A stretch of DNA of 64,000 nucleotides, taken from an uncultured delta proteobacterium (lineage in GTDB: Bacteria; Desulfobacterota; Desulfomonilia; Desulfomonilales; Desulfomonilaceae). The translations under genes and the position numbers were made by a program. The notes below the pieces were generated by a model. The model made no database searches and had not been told where the DNA came from. It worked only from the letters and a program-made list of their open reading frames with translations. The stretch is taken from contig CAWBKB010000003.1 of NCBI GenBank assembly GCA_963789265.1, forward strand, positions 512,001 to 576,000. The letters run 5' to 3'. Below are positions 28,306-39,132 of this stretch, piece by piece. Each line of letters opens with the position of its first letter. Positions within the stretch are counted from its first letter, which is position 1.

Positions 28306-28737
28306 ATGAGAAGTATAACAGTCCTTGCAGCAGTCGCTTTCGCGGCTTTTGTAGTGGTAATGGGCCATGCCGGTCCCGCTTACTCCGCACAGTCCACGGT
28401 AGCCGTGAGCAATTTGGGGACGGCCGTGGACACAGTTGTCGGCACTCAAAGCACAGTGCCGGCTCAACAGGTCAGGGGTGCGATGCGCGGCGGAGGTGGC
28501 ATGCACTTCGGTGGCGCTCGCATGAGAGGCTTCCGCTCAGGCGGTTTCCGATCTTTCCATGCTGCTCGATTCAATCGGTTCAATCGGTTCAATCGATTTC
28601 ATCGGTTCCGCTTCAGACACCGTCGTTTCTTTAGACCATTCGTCTTCGGTTCGGTTGCTGCACCGTATTACAGCAGTTATTACAATGACTGCGTTTGGGA
28701 TGGGTACCAATGGGTATGCGGCGATGACCTCTATTGA
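28306..28737 (+). CDS. Secreted Gly/Arg/Phe-rich low-complexity protein
   Basis: Signal peptide; GGG/RF-rich region with RFN tandem repeats; C-terminal CVWDGYQWVC; AAGGA RBS. Confidence 0.7.
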   Translation: MRSITVLAAVAFAAFVVVMGHAGPAYSAQSTVAVSNLGTAVDTVVGTQSTVPAQQVRGAMRGGGGMHFGGARMRGFRSGGFRSFHAARFNRFNRFNRFHRFRFRHRRFFRPFVFGSVAAPYYSSYYNDCVWDGYQWVCGDDLY

Positions 28738-29034
28738 TCGGAGGATCAATCTGTCTGATATGGGATGTGAGGTCGAGTGAGCAGTAGATGGAAGTATCGG
28801 TTAGGCAGCACCGGTGGTTGGGAAAGTAATCTGTTACTTGGTCACGGTTTGTTTTGCAGGTCAAGTTCGCAAAACTAATTGTCGTTTGGCCCACATCTTC
28901 CTGCCTTTTAGGGAGCAGAACGTGGGTCATGGAGTACGAGACGTAGCAATAGAAAGAGATTCACTGGTGTTGGATGCAACCAACCGCTGGTTCCAATGTC
29001 TGCTACTTTAGCATAGGTACAATTTCTTATGTAA

Positions 29035-31224
29035 TCAATTAAGCTGCTGTGAGGGCTTTTTCCCATCAGCGAGGGGGAAGTCCACTACAAATTCCGAACC
29101 GCTATTGTGGGTACAATCCGCAATGGATTTGCAGTGTTCGCAATACTCCACGTCGCCAGGCGATCTCGTCCCAAAATCGTCGAGGAGCGGACACCGCTGA
29201 CTCTTGAAGGACAGCTTGAAGCCGTAAAGCTCGGAAAACATCCTGATGCGCAACAGGTCGATCCCCTTGCCGCCCGCATTGAAGGAGTACGGTCGCCTAC
29301 TGGAATAACTATCGGTCTCCTGAACCGGATAGAAACCTTCAAAGATCAATTCCTTATCCTTTTCCGGAATTCCTATGCCCGTGTCTTTGACCGTGAAGAT
29401 ATACCTATCCCCCTTCACGCGGCCTGTTACGCTGACAACTCCGTGGTCCGGAGTGGCCTCGACAGCATTGCGAATCAGTCCCTCCATTATTGCGTGCAGC
29501 ACGTGTCCGGGAATCAACAATTCCGCATGATTTTCAAGGTAAAAATTCAGATTAACCTTTCGGCCCTCATGTTCCGTTTTCGAAAGTATATAATCATAAA
29601 CCTTAGCACCGAATGCCTTAACGTTGATGCGTTCCGGCTCGTCCTGCCTCGTGGGAAAGGTCTTCTCCAGCCACTTGTGAATCACCGACGTGGCCTGTTT
29701 AATCTCGGGCGTCCATTCTGTCTGGACTTCCATCAGGTCCAAGGCTGCCTGCAGGAAGCCTGTAATATAGCGTCGCTCCCATGAATAACCGGTCATCAGG
29801 ATACTTTCCACCTGAGATTCCAGCCTGTTGAGGCTCTGGACATGTCTGTTCATTCGTGCCAGCGCACGATCGAAATCCGTTAGACCCATGCCGTTGAGCC
29901 TCTTTTCCATCGTGACGAGCGTGCCTCTTATAATTGCAAGTGGAGTTCTCAGCTCATGGGATAGATGGTTCAAGATCTTGGATTTGACACGGTTCAGGTC
30001 CTCCAATTCCCGATAGGAATTCATCAACTCGTCGAAAAACGTGGCATTCTCAAGGGCCAACGCCACAACTCCGGCCAAAGACGACAGCACCTGAACGTCT
30101 TCTTCGGTGAAATCGCTGTCTTTCTTGTTGATTACTACCAGAGCGCCGATTGTTTTTTCGCGGGTATTAAGCGGGACAATGATCTCATTGCGGATAACAA
30201 AACCGGTTCGGGTCTCAAACGGCTTAAAAAATTGCGGGTTGTGTATCGGATTGTTAACCATGGCAGGTTCGCCGGTTTGGAAGACCTGGCCGCTTATGCT
30301 CTTGTCCAATGGCAACCGTAAGTCTGAGCTGTGTGGAGGGATCAGGCCCTTATCATCTTGAACTTCACGCCAATAGAGGTCTCCTCGGCTCTCGTCGTAC
30401 AAGAGAAGCCCCGCGGCTTCTGTACCTAAGGCGGTCCTGAGTTCGGTTACCACGACAGAAAGAAGATGGTCCAGATCCAGTGTTGTTGTAAGAGCCATAC
30501 TGGACCGGTACAGCATCTCCAGGTCATCCCGTGATTTTTGCAGCTTTTTGTAAACTGTAGCGTTTTCTATGGCCAAAGCAATGCTACCCGCCATCGAACT
30601 CGCAAGGGCCTCATCCTGTTCCGTAAAATCTCCGCCGATCTTATTCATGACCATAAGTACACCAATGGTCTTCTCGCGGCCGTCAAGAGGCACCTGCAAT
30701 GTTTTGCGGTTAGAGGCGTCAGTATAACCCGGCAGGCGATAGTACATTTCTCTTGTGTTTAGGGGAACTTGAAGGACGTTGCGAATATTAAAGCCGCTCT
30801 TTCGCGTCATTTCCGGATAGTAGCGGGGATCCTTGGAGGTATCGTTTACTCTGGCCGGCTTGTTATGCCGGAACACCCAGCCTGCGATGCTTCCCTCCAG
30901 CGGCAGCCTCAAGTCTTCGGATTGAGGTGCGAGAATATGCCTCGCATCGCGAATCTGCCGCCAGTATAGATCCCCATGACGTTCGTCATAGAGGAGCACA
31001 CCCGCGCCTTCGCTAAGCAACGCCTTGTTCACCTCATCGATGACGATAGCCAACAGCTTATCCAGATCCATTGTGGAGGCAAGGGCCTGGGAAATGTTGC
31101 AGAGGATGGACAGGTCGAAAAGTTCGTGGTCCTCCATGTCCATGGCGTTGTCGATCAGGTCGCCGGCTATCTTCTCCAATTCCTTGACTCTTCGTTCCAA
31201 TTCCTCGTATGTCGGCTTCGCCAT
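29035..31224 (-). CDS. Cytoplasmic GAF-GAF sensor histidine kinase
   Basis: MAKPTYEELERRVKELE start, two GAF repeats, SHELRTPL, LIRNA, DTGIGI, GKGIDL. Confidence 0.9.
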   Translation of the reverse strand: MAKPTYEELERRVKELEKIAGDLIDNAMDMEDHELFDLSILCNISQALASTMDLDKLLAIVIDEVNKALLSEGAGVLLYDERHGDLYWRQIRDARHILAPQSEDLRLPLEGSIAGWVFRHNKPARVNDTSKDPRYYPEMTRKSGFNIRNVLQVPLNTREMYYRLPGYTDASNRKTLQVPLDGREKTIGVLMVMNKIGGDFTEQDEALASSMAGSIALAIENATVYKKLQKSRDDLEMLYRSSMALTTTLDLDHLLSVVVTELRTALGTEAAGLLLYDESRGDLYWREVQDDKGLIPPHSSDLRLPLDKSISGQVFQTGEPAMVNNPIHNPQFFKPFETRTGFVIRNEIIVPLNTREKTIGALVVINKKDSDFTEEDVQVLSSLAGVVALALENATFFDELMNSYRELEDLNRVKSKILNHLSHELRTPLAIIRGTLVTMEKRLNGMGLTDFDRALARMNRHVQSLNRLESQVESILMTGYSWERRYITGFLQAALDLMEVQTEWTPEIKQATSVIHKWLEKTFPTRQDEPERINVKAFGAKVYDYILSKTEHEGRKVNLNFYLENHAELLIPGHVLHAIMEGLIRNAVEATPDHGVVSVTGRVKGDRYIFTVKDTGIGIPEKDKELIFEGFYPVQETDSYSSRRPYSFNAGGKGIDLLRIRMFSELYGFKLSFKSQRCPLLDDFGTRSPGDVEYCEHCKSIADCTHNSGSEFVVDFPLADGKKPSQQLN

Positions 31225-31265
31225 AAATAGCCCTCCACTCTCTATTCGGAGAGAGTTCACCCCAT

Positions 31266-32525
31266 TCAGTCGGTCGATGCCTGGATCGCGGCTCGGCATA
31301 TATCTCGAAAGTTGTTCACGCCGGTGAAGAATTCCCGCATCATGATTACCCACAGATAACGGCCTTTCCGTGTGAGCCGGATAATCCCATGGTCATTGAC
31401 GAGCGCTCCGGCAAGACGGAAGAGGAATATCTCCTTCCCTAAGGTCTTCATGAACTCTCCGTGGAATTTATCTTCCTCCTTTTCGATGTCAAGGGAAGTG
31501 CCGAACAGCTTCATCATAAAATCGTAGCGTACGCGCTCCTTTCTCGAGAAATCTCTCTTCGCGAGAATCGGCCATTCCCCTTTTTGCACAAACGTCAAAT
31601 AATGGGGCACAGAAAAGGTATTTGCAAAGCAGGCTCCATTGACGTAGCCGAACGATCCGCTGCCGGCACCCACGTATTCGCCGTAATCAACGATGTACTC
31701 GTCAATCATGCTTTTCTTTCTGGAAAAACACCAGGCGGTTCCCCAGGTGTAATCGACTTCCAGCATCTCCACGATTCTGTTGTAGAAGATCTTTTCCTGA
31801 CGATAGCTTATGGAACCGAATCGCCTTGCCAGCTCGGCGCGCGTAATGTCCGATACCATGAGCGGATAGAAAGTCACTTGATCGGCCTCGATGTTCTTTA
31901 TGACCTCCAAGTCCCTCTCCAGCATCGATTCTGTCTGAGTTGGAAAATTGAAGATCATGTCCACGTTCAGAGTGTCGAACGTGCCCGCATATTTTACCAG
32001 TCTCTCTTGAATCTGGATTCCGCTGCCGTATTTGTGGTACCGCTCCATCTGTTTGAGCAAATCGTCCTGAAAGCTCTGAACACCCACTGAAAGCCTGTTT
32101 ACTCCTCCATCTTTTAGTATTGTCACAATTTCGTCGGTCAAATGATTCGGGTTGGTCTCGAGAGAAATCTCTTTGATGCTGAATTTCTTCCGTAGTTCCT
32201 CAAGGAGGCCGCCGACCTCCCGAGGCAACACGGTGGGGGTTCCTCCTCCGACATACACAGACGAAAAATCGAAACCGATCTCATGGTACATTTCGATTTC
32301 TCTAAGAAGGGCATTGAAATATTTGCGAGCCAAATCCTTATCCAGGGGGAAGCGATTAAACGAGCAGTACGGGCACAGTTCCTCGCAGAAGGGTACGTGC
32401 ACGTAGAGAAGGTACTTGGTATCCTTCCTTGGGCGAGGAGGCCGGATGCGCTCAAAATCGGTCAGACGCAAGACATTCGCATACTGCCGTTTCAGGTAGG
32501 TGGTGAGTAGACCTTCTACGATCAT
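31266..32525 (-). CDS. HemN/HemW-like radical SAM protein
   Basis: LYVHVPFCEELCPYCSF, GGGTPT, RLSVGVQSF. Confidence 0.9.
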   Translation of the reverse strand: MIVEGLLTTYLKRQYANVLRLTDFERIRPPRPRKDTKYLLYVHVPFCEELCPYCSFNRFPLDKDLARKYFNALLREIEMYHEIGFDFSSVYVGGGTPTVLPREVGGLLEELRKKFSIKEISLETNPNHLTDEIVTILKDGGVNRLSVGVQSFQDDLLKQMERYHKYGSGIQIQERLVKYAGTFDTLNVDMIFNFPTQTESMLERDLEVIKNIEADQVTFYPLMVSDITRAELARRFGSISYRQEKIFYNRIVEMLEVDYTWGTAWCFSRKKSMIDEYIVDYGEYVGAGSGSFGYVNGACFANTFSVPHYLTFVQKGEWPILAKRDFSRKERVRYDFMMKLFGTSLDIEKEEDKFHGEFMKTLGKEIFLFRLAGALVNDHGIIRLTRKGRYLWVIMMREFFTGVNNFRDICRAAIQASTD

Positions 32526-32672
32526 ATTAGAGGCGCTCCCTCTATTGCCTTCACGCTGGTTTGGTTTGATTTAACATAGATAAAATGTAACATTTTGCCA
32601 TACGAAGCAACCATTCGGTGACTTGATACCCTGAAGCACACCATACCAATCTTGGCCGCCACCGGCAAACAG

Positions 32673-33395
32673 TCATCGCAAGAATCGGCCCCGGTCATCA
32701 TACCAGACGGAAGCTCTATAAACCGGCTTTTGGGGAAAGATCCACAGCAACAGAATCCCTAGCACAAATCCTCCCATATGGGCCCAATAGGCCACGCCTC
32801 CCGCCTGGTGGTGCGCTGTCAATTGGGAAGTCCCGCTAAGAAATTGAAAAGCGAACCATACAATCAAGAAGAGGAACGCGGGAAACTCGACGATTTTGAT
32901 AAAGATGAAGATAATTAGGAGCGTGGTCACCCGGGCGTTGGGGTAGCTCACGAGATAAGCCCCCAAAACACCCGAGATTGCACCACTTGCCCCCACCATG
33001 GGCAATCTTGAGCCGGCGCTGAATGTGACCTGGGCCAGGCCGGCCCCGATTCCGCACAGCAAGTAGAACAGCAGGAACGTGAAGTGACCGAGGCGCTCTT
33101 CGACATTGTCTCCGAAAATCCAGAGAAACCACATATTGCCGATAATATGGAGCCATCCGCCGTGTATGAATAGCGAAGCGACCATAGGTACAACAGCGTT
33201 GTCGAGGAATCCGCCCTTAAATCTGTAGAATTCCATAAAACGCAAGGGGATGAGGCCGTATTCCACAATAAATCGGTCGAGGCGTTCCCCCCCCAACGAG
33301 ACCTCGTAAAACCAGACAAAGGCGTTTATGGCAATTATCGCAATGGTGACAAGAGGCAACGTTCGGGAAGGAATGCTGTCTCGCAGCGGAATCAT
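32673..33395 (-). CDS. Rhomboid family intramembrane serine protease
   Basis: HGGWLHIIGNM, FGDNVE, GASGA, YWAHMGGF. Confidence 0.95.
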   Translation of the reverse strand: MIPLRDSIPSRTLPLVTIAIIAINAFVWFYEVSLGGERLDRFIVEYGLIPLRFMEFYRFKGGFLDNAVVPMVASLFIHGGWLHIIGNMWFLWIFGDNVEERLGHFTFLLFYLLCGIGAGLAQVTFSAGSRLPMVGASGAISGVLGAYLVSYPNARVTTLLIIFIFIKIVEFPAFLFLIVWFAFQFLSGTSQLTAHHQAGGVAYWAHMGGFVLGILLLWIFPQKPVYRASVWYDDRGRFLR

Positions 33396-33639
33396 AGAAT
33401 GGCTCCTCTAGCGTAGGCCAATTAGTGCATACGGGCGCTACGTTCGGCCGCCATGCCTCATATCGCCCTCAGCCAATTTCAATTTCCTCTCTGGGGATCC
33501 TTATTGATAGAAGATATACAATCTTGTCTAAATTAACGTGTCTCAATTCTTGCACAGTGGTTTCGCGAACCAAAGCCATTTTTGTCAAGAAGACACTTCC
33601 CAAAAAGCAATTTGTCCGAAGCGAACAATTCCCAAAATT

Positions 33640-34522
33640 CTAATGTCTCTTCATCTTGAGCGGAGCCAGAGCAAGTATTGGAGCTATAATCTCATCGAAT
33701 GCCGAAGACGTTGGCGACGTCGGATACTCAAGGACAAAAGGGGTTCCCTCATCCGATGCGGCAACAAGTCGAGGGTCTATGGGAATCCTGCCCAAGAAAC
33801 GGAAGCCCGTCTCTCGTGCCAGTTTCTCTCCCCCGCCACTTTTGAAAAGGTCGTGTTTCGCGCCGCATTCAGGGCAGACGAAGCCGCTCATATTTTCTAC
33901 GATTCCGAATATCGGCATCTCGAGGCTTCTGCAAAACCGAATCGACTTCCTTACATCCTTCAGGGCTACCTTCTGTGGAGTCGTCACGATTATGGCTTGC
34001 GAACGCGGAGGAGCCATCTGACATATAGAAAGAGGCTCGTCGCCGGTTCCGGGCGGAGCATCCACAATGAGAAAATCAAGCTGCCCCCAGTCGACTTCTG
34101 CTATGAACTGCTTTATCATCTGGTGCTTCATCGGGCCACGCCAGATAACGGCCTCCTGGGCCTGATCTTTAACCACGAATTCGATGGACATTACCTTGAG
34201 GTGATCGTTGTACCGGACAGGGAGAAGACCCCTGACCGACCCTTGGGACGCCGATGCGCCTTCAAGCTTCAAAAGAGTAGGAATGCTCGGACCGTGAATA
34301 TCAATGTCCAGCAGCCCGACTTCCCGGTCCGCGGCTGCAAGGGCCGCGGCAAGATTTACCGCGACAGTGCTTTTCCCTACACCACCTTTGCCGGATAAAA
34401 TCATCAAGGTATTTTCGATGCGGGTAAGGCTGTCCGCGAGCATAAGGTCTTCACGAAGTTCCTGAATCTCTTCTTTGGAACGTGGGGGGGGTACTTCTTC
34501 GATCTGTCATTTGCGAGTCCAT
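33640..34522 (-). CDS. mrp: Mrp/NBP35 Fe-S cluster carrier ATPase; N-terminus probably interrupted by a +1 frameshift in the C8 run at 34484-34491
   Basis: SGKGGVGKST, DIDIHGPS, WRGPM, PPGTGDE, VENMS..CPEC. Confidence 0.9.
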
Positions 34523-34687
34523 TTCCAGTTTTTTTGCTGATACTTATTTGAGAGTGACCCGCTGTGGCGGATATTTATCTTCTCGACCTGGGTGCCACGG
34601 ATCTGGGCCTTGGCAGATCCGTGCCGGATTTAGCCAGTGCCCATCGTCGGATCGCAAATTGGTATCGCATATGCGGCTGTTGTTGCT

Positions 34688-35581
34688 TCAGGCTATGTCT
34701 ATGCCTTCCAGCAGCTTTCTCGACTTGATGCGGTGCACATCGAGACCGACCTCTTTCGAGGTGAAGCCCATAGCCAACCCTAACAATTGGGTAAGATAAA
34801 AGGTCGGTATCTTCCGCTTTTCCTTGTTCTTGCGCGCCAACACGATTTGCCCCATGTCGAACTGCTCAAAACAAGACGGGCAGACAACCGAAAGCGCTTG
34901 TATCCCCCGTTCTCGAATGTACGAGAGTTTTTGGCTCGTGATGGCATAACCCGCGTCCTGATCCATGTTCGCACTCAGTGGCGACCCGCAACAGAGGAAT
35001 TTCCGGGAATATTCCATCGGTTCCACGCCAATGATGGAGAGGAGATGGTCCATCTTCACAGGAACGTATGATTCTGCCTCTGAAAGCTCCTCGGGATACA
35101 TCACCTTGGGGGGACGGAAATAATGGCAACCATAATGACATCCAACACGCAGCGGTACTTCCCGTACCTTCTCCTTGACGATCTTTTCCACCACAGTGTC
35201 CTGGTACAGAACGTCCAGTATGTGTGTTACCTGCACCGTACCTTTGAAGTGATGACCGTGTTCATCCAGGATCTTGTTTACTTTGCGTCTCTTGGCATCA
35301 CTTTGTTTCAGGACGTGATTGGCCTCTTTCAGAGTGTTTACGCATCCCGAACACAGAGTGAGCAGGTCCAACCCGGCTTCTTCAGCCAGGCAAAGATTGC
35401 GAGCTGCAAGGGCCAGCCACGAATCGTAATGCACCATCTTCATGCTCGTGGGGGGCGGGCAGCAGGAAAAAGGAAGATCCACCAGGTCTATGGCGAGACG
35501 TTCGCACACCAGGCGCGTCGCCGCTTCAAAGCCGGGATATTTTATCGGAATTGCGCATCCGAGAAAGAGAGCATACTTCAT
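34688..35581 (-). CDS. hdrB: Heterodisulfide reductase subunit B
   Basis: FLGC, SCCP, ARNLCLAE, CSGC, HYGCH, LCCG and CPSCFEQFD CCG domains. Confidence 0.93.
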   Translation of the reverse strand: MKYALFLGCAIPIKYPGFEAATRLVCERLAIDLVDLPFSCCPPPTSMKMVHYDSWLALAARNLCLAEEAGLDLLTLCSGCVNTLKEANHVLKQSDAKRRKVNKILDEHGHHFKGTVQVTHILDVLYQDTVVEKIVKEKVREVPLRVGCHYGCHYFRPPKVMYPEELSEAESYVPVKMDHLLSIIGVEPMEYSRKFLCCGSPLSANMDQDAGYAITSQKLSYIRERGIQALSVVCPSCFEQFDMGQIVLARKNKEKRKIPTFYLTQLLGLAMGFTSKEVGLDVHRIKSRKLLEGIDIA

Positions 35582-35620
35582 GGCAACCTTTTCATGGTAC
35601 TCAGTAGGGTCTACGGTAGG

Positions 35621-36085
35621 TCAAATCTCCAGCACCTCGGTCAGTCCCGTCTTAGCGAGGATTTCACGTACCTCGTCCACAGGCGCCGGCGGAAGTGGAA
35701 CCAGGCCGTGGTGGGCCCTCATCTCGTCAAGCTGGTGAACGATCATGGAGCGACCTGTCTTAGCCAACAGTTCTATGGCCATTCTGAGCCTGTCTGGGAT
35801 ATTTCCGCGCCGCGCTGCTGAATTACGCAGAGCGACTAGAAGATCGGAAATAGGGATCTTCTGAGGACAGCGATCCTCGCATACGCTGCAGGTGCAGCAG
35901 AGCCACAACCTTTCGTCTTCTACGACTTTGTCGTGGCCCAGATTGAGGCATTTCAGGATAGTCTCTCGAGGACCGAACGCGGGCGCCACCTCCCTTGCAG
36001 GGCAAGAGCCGGTGCAACGAGCGCATTGATAGCATTCGTACAAATCTTCTCTGGGGAAATGCTTCCAGATTTTGATGGCGGTCAT
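35621..36085 (-). CDS. hdrC: Heterodisulfide reductase subunit C
   Basis: CYQCARCTGSCP and LWLCCTCSVCEDRCP; ATGA overlap with hdrA. Confidence 0.92.
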   Translation of the reverse strand: MTAIKIWKHFPREDLYECYQCARCTGSCPAREVAPAFGPRETILKCLNLGHDKVVEDERLWLCCTCSVCEDRCPQKIPISDLLVALRNSAARRGNIPDRLRMAIELLAKTGRSMIVHQLDEMRAHHGLVPLPPAPVDEVREILAKTGLTEVLEI

Positions 36086-38533
36086 GTCATATCGCTCTTC
36101 TTGGTCAGGGATTGTGCGAAACTCTCGGCATCGTCCCGGATCTGCTTGGGCGTCAACTTTCTCAGCGCCGTTTCCATCTCCTGAATTACCCGTGCGAACT
36201 GCGCCCCTTCTGCCGCGGAAACCCACGCAAGCCGGAGGCGATCCTTGTTGGCACCGAGCTTTTCCATACGCTTCCAGAAGCGATCAACCCGTGAAACTGT
36301 GTGCTGGTTGGCATTGTTGTAATGGCAATCCGAGGGATGGCAGCCGGACACCAGAACCGCTCCTGCCCCTTTGATGAAAGCCCTCTCGATCCATCGAGGT
36401 GAGACTCGAGCCGAGCACATCGTGCGGATGATACGGACGTTCGAGGGGTATTGTATCCGCGAGACTCCGGCAAAGTCCGCACCGGCGTAAGAGCACCAAT
36501 TGCAGGCGAAGGCTACTATTTTGTTATGCGGATCTCGCTCGAGTGCAGTGTCTATCTGACCCACGATCTGGCTCTCGGTAAAATGTGTCTGGTCGATCGC
36601 GCCAAACCTGCATTCCGGCACGCAGGCGCCGCACCCCTGGCATGCAGCCTCTACAACGCGATAGTATCCCTGTTCCTTGCTTCCTTCGATCGCGTGATAC
36701 GGACAAACTCTTGCGCAAAGGCCGCAAGCCGTGCAGGCGTCGGGATTGATCCTGGCGGTGATGGCCGGGACCTTCACCTCGCCTTTGCTCATGAGGATGT
36801 TAGCTCGGGACGCAGCGGCAGACGCTTGCGTGACCGAGTCTTTGATGTCCTTGGGGCCTTCAGCCGCGCCCGCGAGAAATACACCGCCGGTGGTGGTGTC
36901 AACCGGTCTTAGCTTGGGATGGGCCTCCATGTAGAAGCCATCTGTGTCCGTGGTGAGGTTCAAGAGGCGCTGGAGGACTTCCGAACCGCTGCGCGGCCTT
37001 ATCCCGACGGAAAGGATCACCATGTCCATCATATACCGATAATGAGATCCAAGGAGGGTGTTCTCCCCCAGCAGAGTAAGGTCCCCGGTATTGATGTCCT
37101 CGATGATTTCACCGGGAATTCCGCGAATGAACGTCACACCTTCGCGGCGAGCCCTCTGAAAAAGATCCTCGAAGCCCTTTCCAAACGCTCGAATGTCAAT
37201 GTAGAAAACGTAAATCTCGGTGTCAGGCCAGTGCTCTCTAATGAGAAGAGCATCTTTGATGGTGTTCATACAGCAGACATTGCTACAGTACGGATTGCTA
37301 CGCTTGCTGCGCGAGCCTATGCATTGGAGAAAAGCTACCTTCTTTGGCCGTCGGCGATCGGAAGGCCGGATCAATTCACCAGATGACGGCCCGCCTGCGT
37401 TTATCAGACGCTCGAACTCCAGCGTGGTGATAACGTTGGGGAATTTGCCGTATCCAAGTTCGGTCAGAGAAGTGGGATCGTAAACGTCCACCCCTGTGGC
37501 CACGACGATGGTGCCGACTTCTATTTCAATGATTTCGTCTCTGTCGGCAAAGTCTATACACTGGTGAGAGCAAGCCTGAAAGCACCTGTCGCATGCCACA
37601 ATTCCGTGGCTGTTCAGGCAATGGTTCATGTCTATAAGGAAGCTGGATGGTACCGCCTGAGCAAAAGGGATGTGAATTGCATGTCGAATCGAAAGACCCG
37701 CGTTGAACTCATCAGGGGCCAATTGCGGGCAGACCTGGATACAGTCTCCGCAGGCAGTGCATTCTTTCTTTACGTAACGGGCCTTCTTAAGAATCTTGAC
37801 CTTGAAATTGCCGATGTGGCCTTCTACACCGGCAACCTCGGACAGAGTCATCAGTTCTATGTTCGAATGGCGGCCCACTTCGCTCATCTTGGGGGCGAGT
37901 ATGCAGATAGAAACAGTCCATGGTAGGGAAAGTCTTGTCTATTTGAGCCATCCTGCCGCCGATGCTTCCGCTCCTCTCTACCAGATAGACCTGATATCCC
38001 GCGTCGGCCATATCCAATGAAGCCTGGATACCCGCGACGCCCCCGCCGATCACCATTGCCTTGCGAGTCACGGGCACAGTCAATTCGAATTGCGGGCTCA
38101 ACTTGGCAGCCTTGGTGACAGCCATTTCCACAAGATCCTTGGCTTTTTCAGTGGCGGCCTCTTTGTCATGAAGATGCACCCAGGAACAATGCTCACGTAT
38201 GTTGGCCATTTCAAGAAGGTAGGGATTGAGACCTGCGCTCTCGCACGCAGCCCGAAAGGTCGGCTCGTGAAGTCTCGGCGTGCACGAGGCCACGACCACC
38301 CTGTTCAGCTTGTGCTCCCTTATGTCCGCTTTGATCTGCTCCTGCCCGGGCTCAGAGCAGGTGTAAAGAGAATCCTTTGCGAGTACAACCCCGGCCAGAT
38401 CTTTAGCATATTCGGCTACTACCTCGCAGTTGACCGTGCCGCCGATGTTTTTTCCGCAATGGCAAACATAAACACCGATCCTCAGATCGTCGGAACTTAA
38501 TCCTTTGTCTGATGCTTCAGTTATATCTTTCAA
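36082..38533 (-). CDS. hdrA: HdrA-MvhD fusion protein; +1 frameshift near 37911
   Basis: IGVYVCHCG, ASCTPRLHE, ANIREHCSWVH, IGGGVAG, DKTFPTMDC-[shift]-SICILAPKM, QCIGSR..YCSNVCC, EAHPKLRP; C-terminal FACNWCSYAGAD..IRTMCS..GCHPSDCHY (MvhD). Confidence 0.92.
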
Positions 38534-39132
38534 TTGGACCGTTTCCTCCGGGAAGCCACCAGGCTTTGTGTCTTTGCACCGGCCTGATTTATCAGCCCTT
38601 GGCCGTACTCAAAGCCTTTGTCAAAAGCGGAAGTATTCAGATCTTCTGTGCCGGGCGGGATCGAAGCCAGAACGGACTCTTTCATGGATTCGTAAGTCAC
38701 CACTCCGCCCAGAGCTGCTACCGCGCCGAGCATAACGATGTTCGCTACAATGGTCCTTCCCAATTGCTCGGCAATTCGGGTACAGGGAACTCTGTAAATG
38801 GTTATGCCCTTTGGTTCCTCATCCAACAAGACAAGGTCTTCATCTAAAATCAGCGTCCCACCGGGACGGATAGAACCACCGTAGGTTTCCCAAGCTCCCT
38901 GACTCATCAGGACCAGTACGACCGGCTGTTCTACCTTAGGGTAATGGATTGCTCCATCCGATATCACAACGTCCGCGCTGCAAGATCCTCCGCGAGCTTC
39001 CGGACCGTAACTTTGAGTGAAGACCGCATTTTTTTCCTCGAAGAGCGCCGCGGCCTTACCCAGGATGTGCCCTGAGAGTATGATCCCTTGTCCGCCGAAC
39101 CCAGCCAGTCTTATTTCCTGTTTCGCGGTCAT
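38530..39132 (-). CDS. korC: 2-oxoacid:ferredoxin oxidoreductase gamma subunit
   Basis: EIRLAGFGGQG, QSYGPEARGG, ANIVMLGA. Confidence 0.9.
   Translation of the reverse strand: MTAKQEIRLAGFGGQGIILSGHILGKAAALFEEKNAVFTQSYGPEARGGSCSADVVISDGAIHYPKVEQPVVLVLMSQGAWETYGGSIRPGGTLILDEDLVLLDEEPKGITIYRVPCTRIAEQLGRTIVANIVMLGAVAALGGVVTYESMKESVLASIPPGTEDLNTSAFDKGFEYGQGLINQAGAKTQSLVASRRKRSN

Noticed and set aside
28567..28608. Short tandem repeat as a CRISPR-like array
   Set aside because: The 9-bp units have no spacers and lie in frame within a CDS.
33538..34398. 286-aa plus-strand ORF and other long shadow ORFs (e.g. 35123-35821, 40440-41093, 29107-29784)
   Set aside because: They are antisense to well-supported genes and have no recognisable motifs.
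37890..37925. Selenocysteine recoding as the cause of the split hdrA
   Set aside because: There is no in-frame TGA at the DCSIC motif (codons are TGT/TGC); the break is an extra T.
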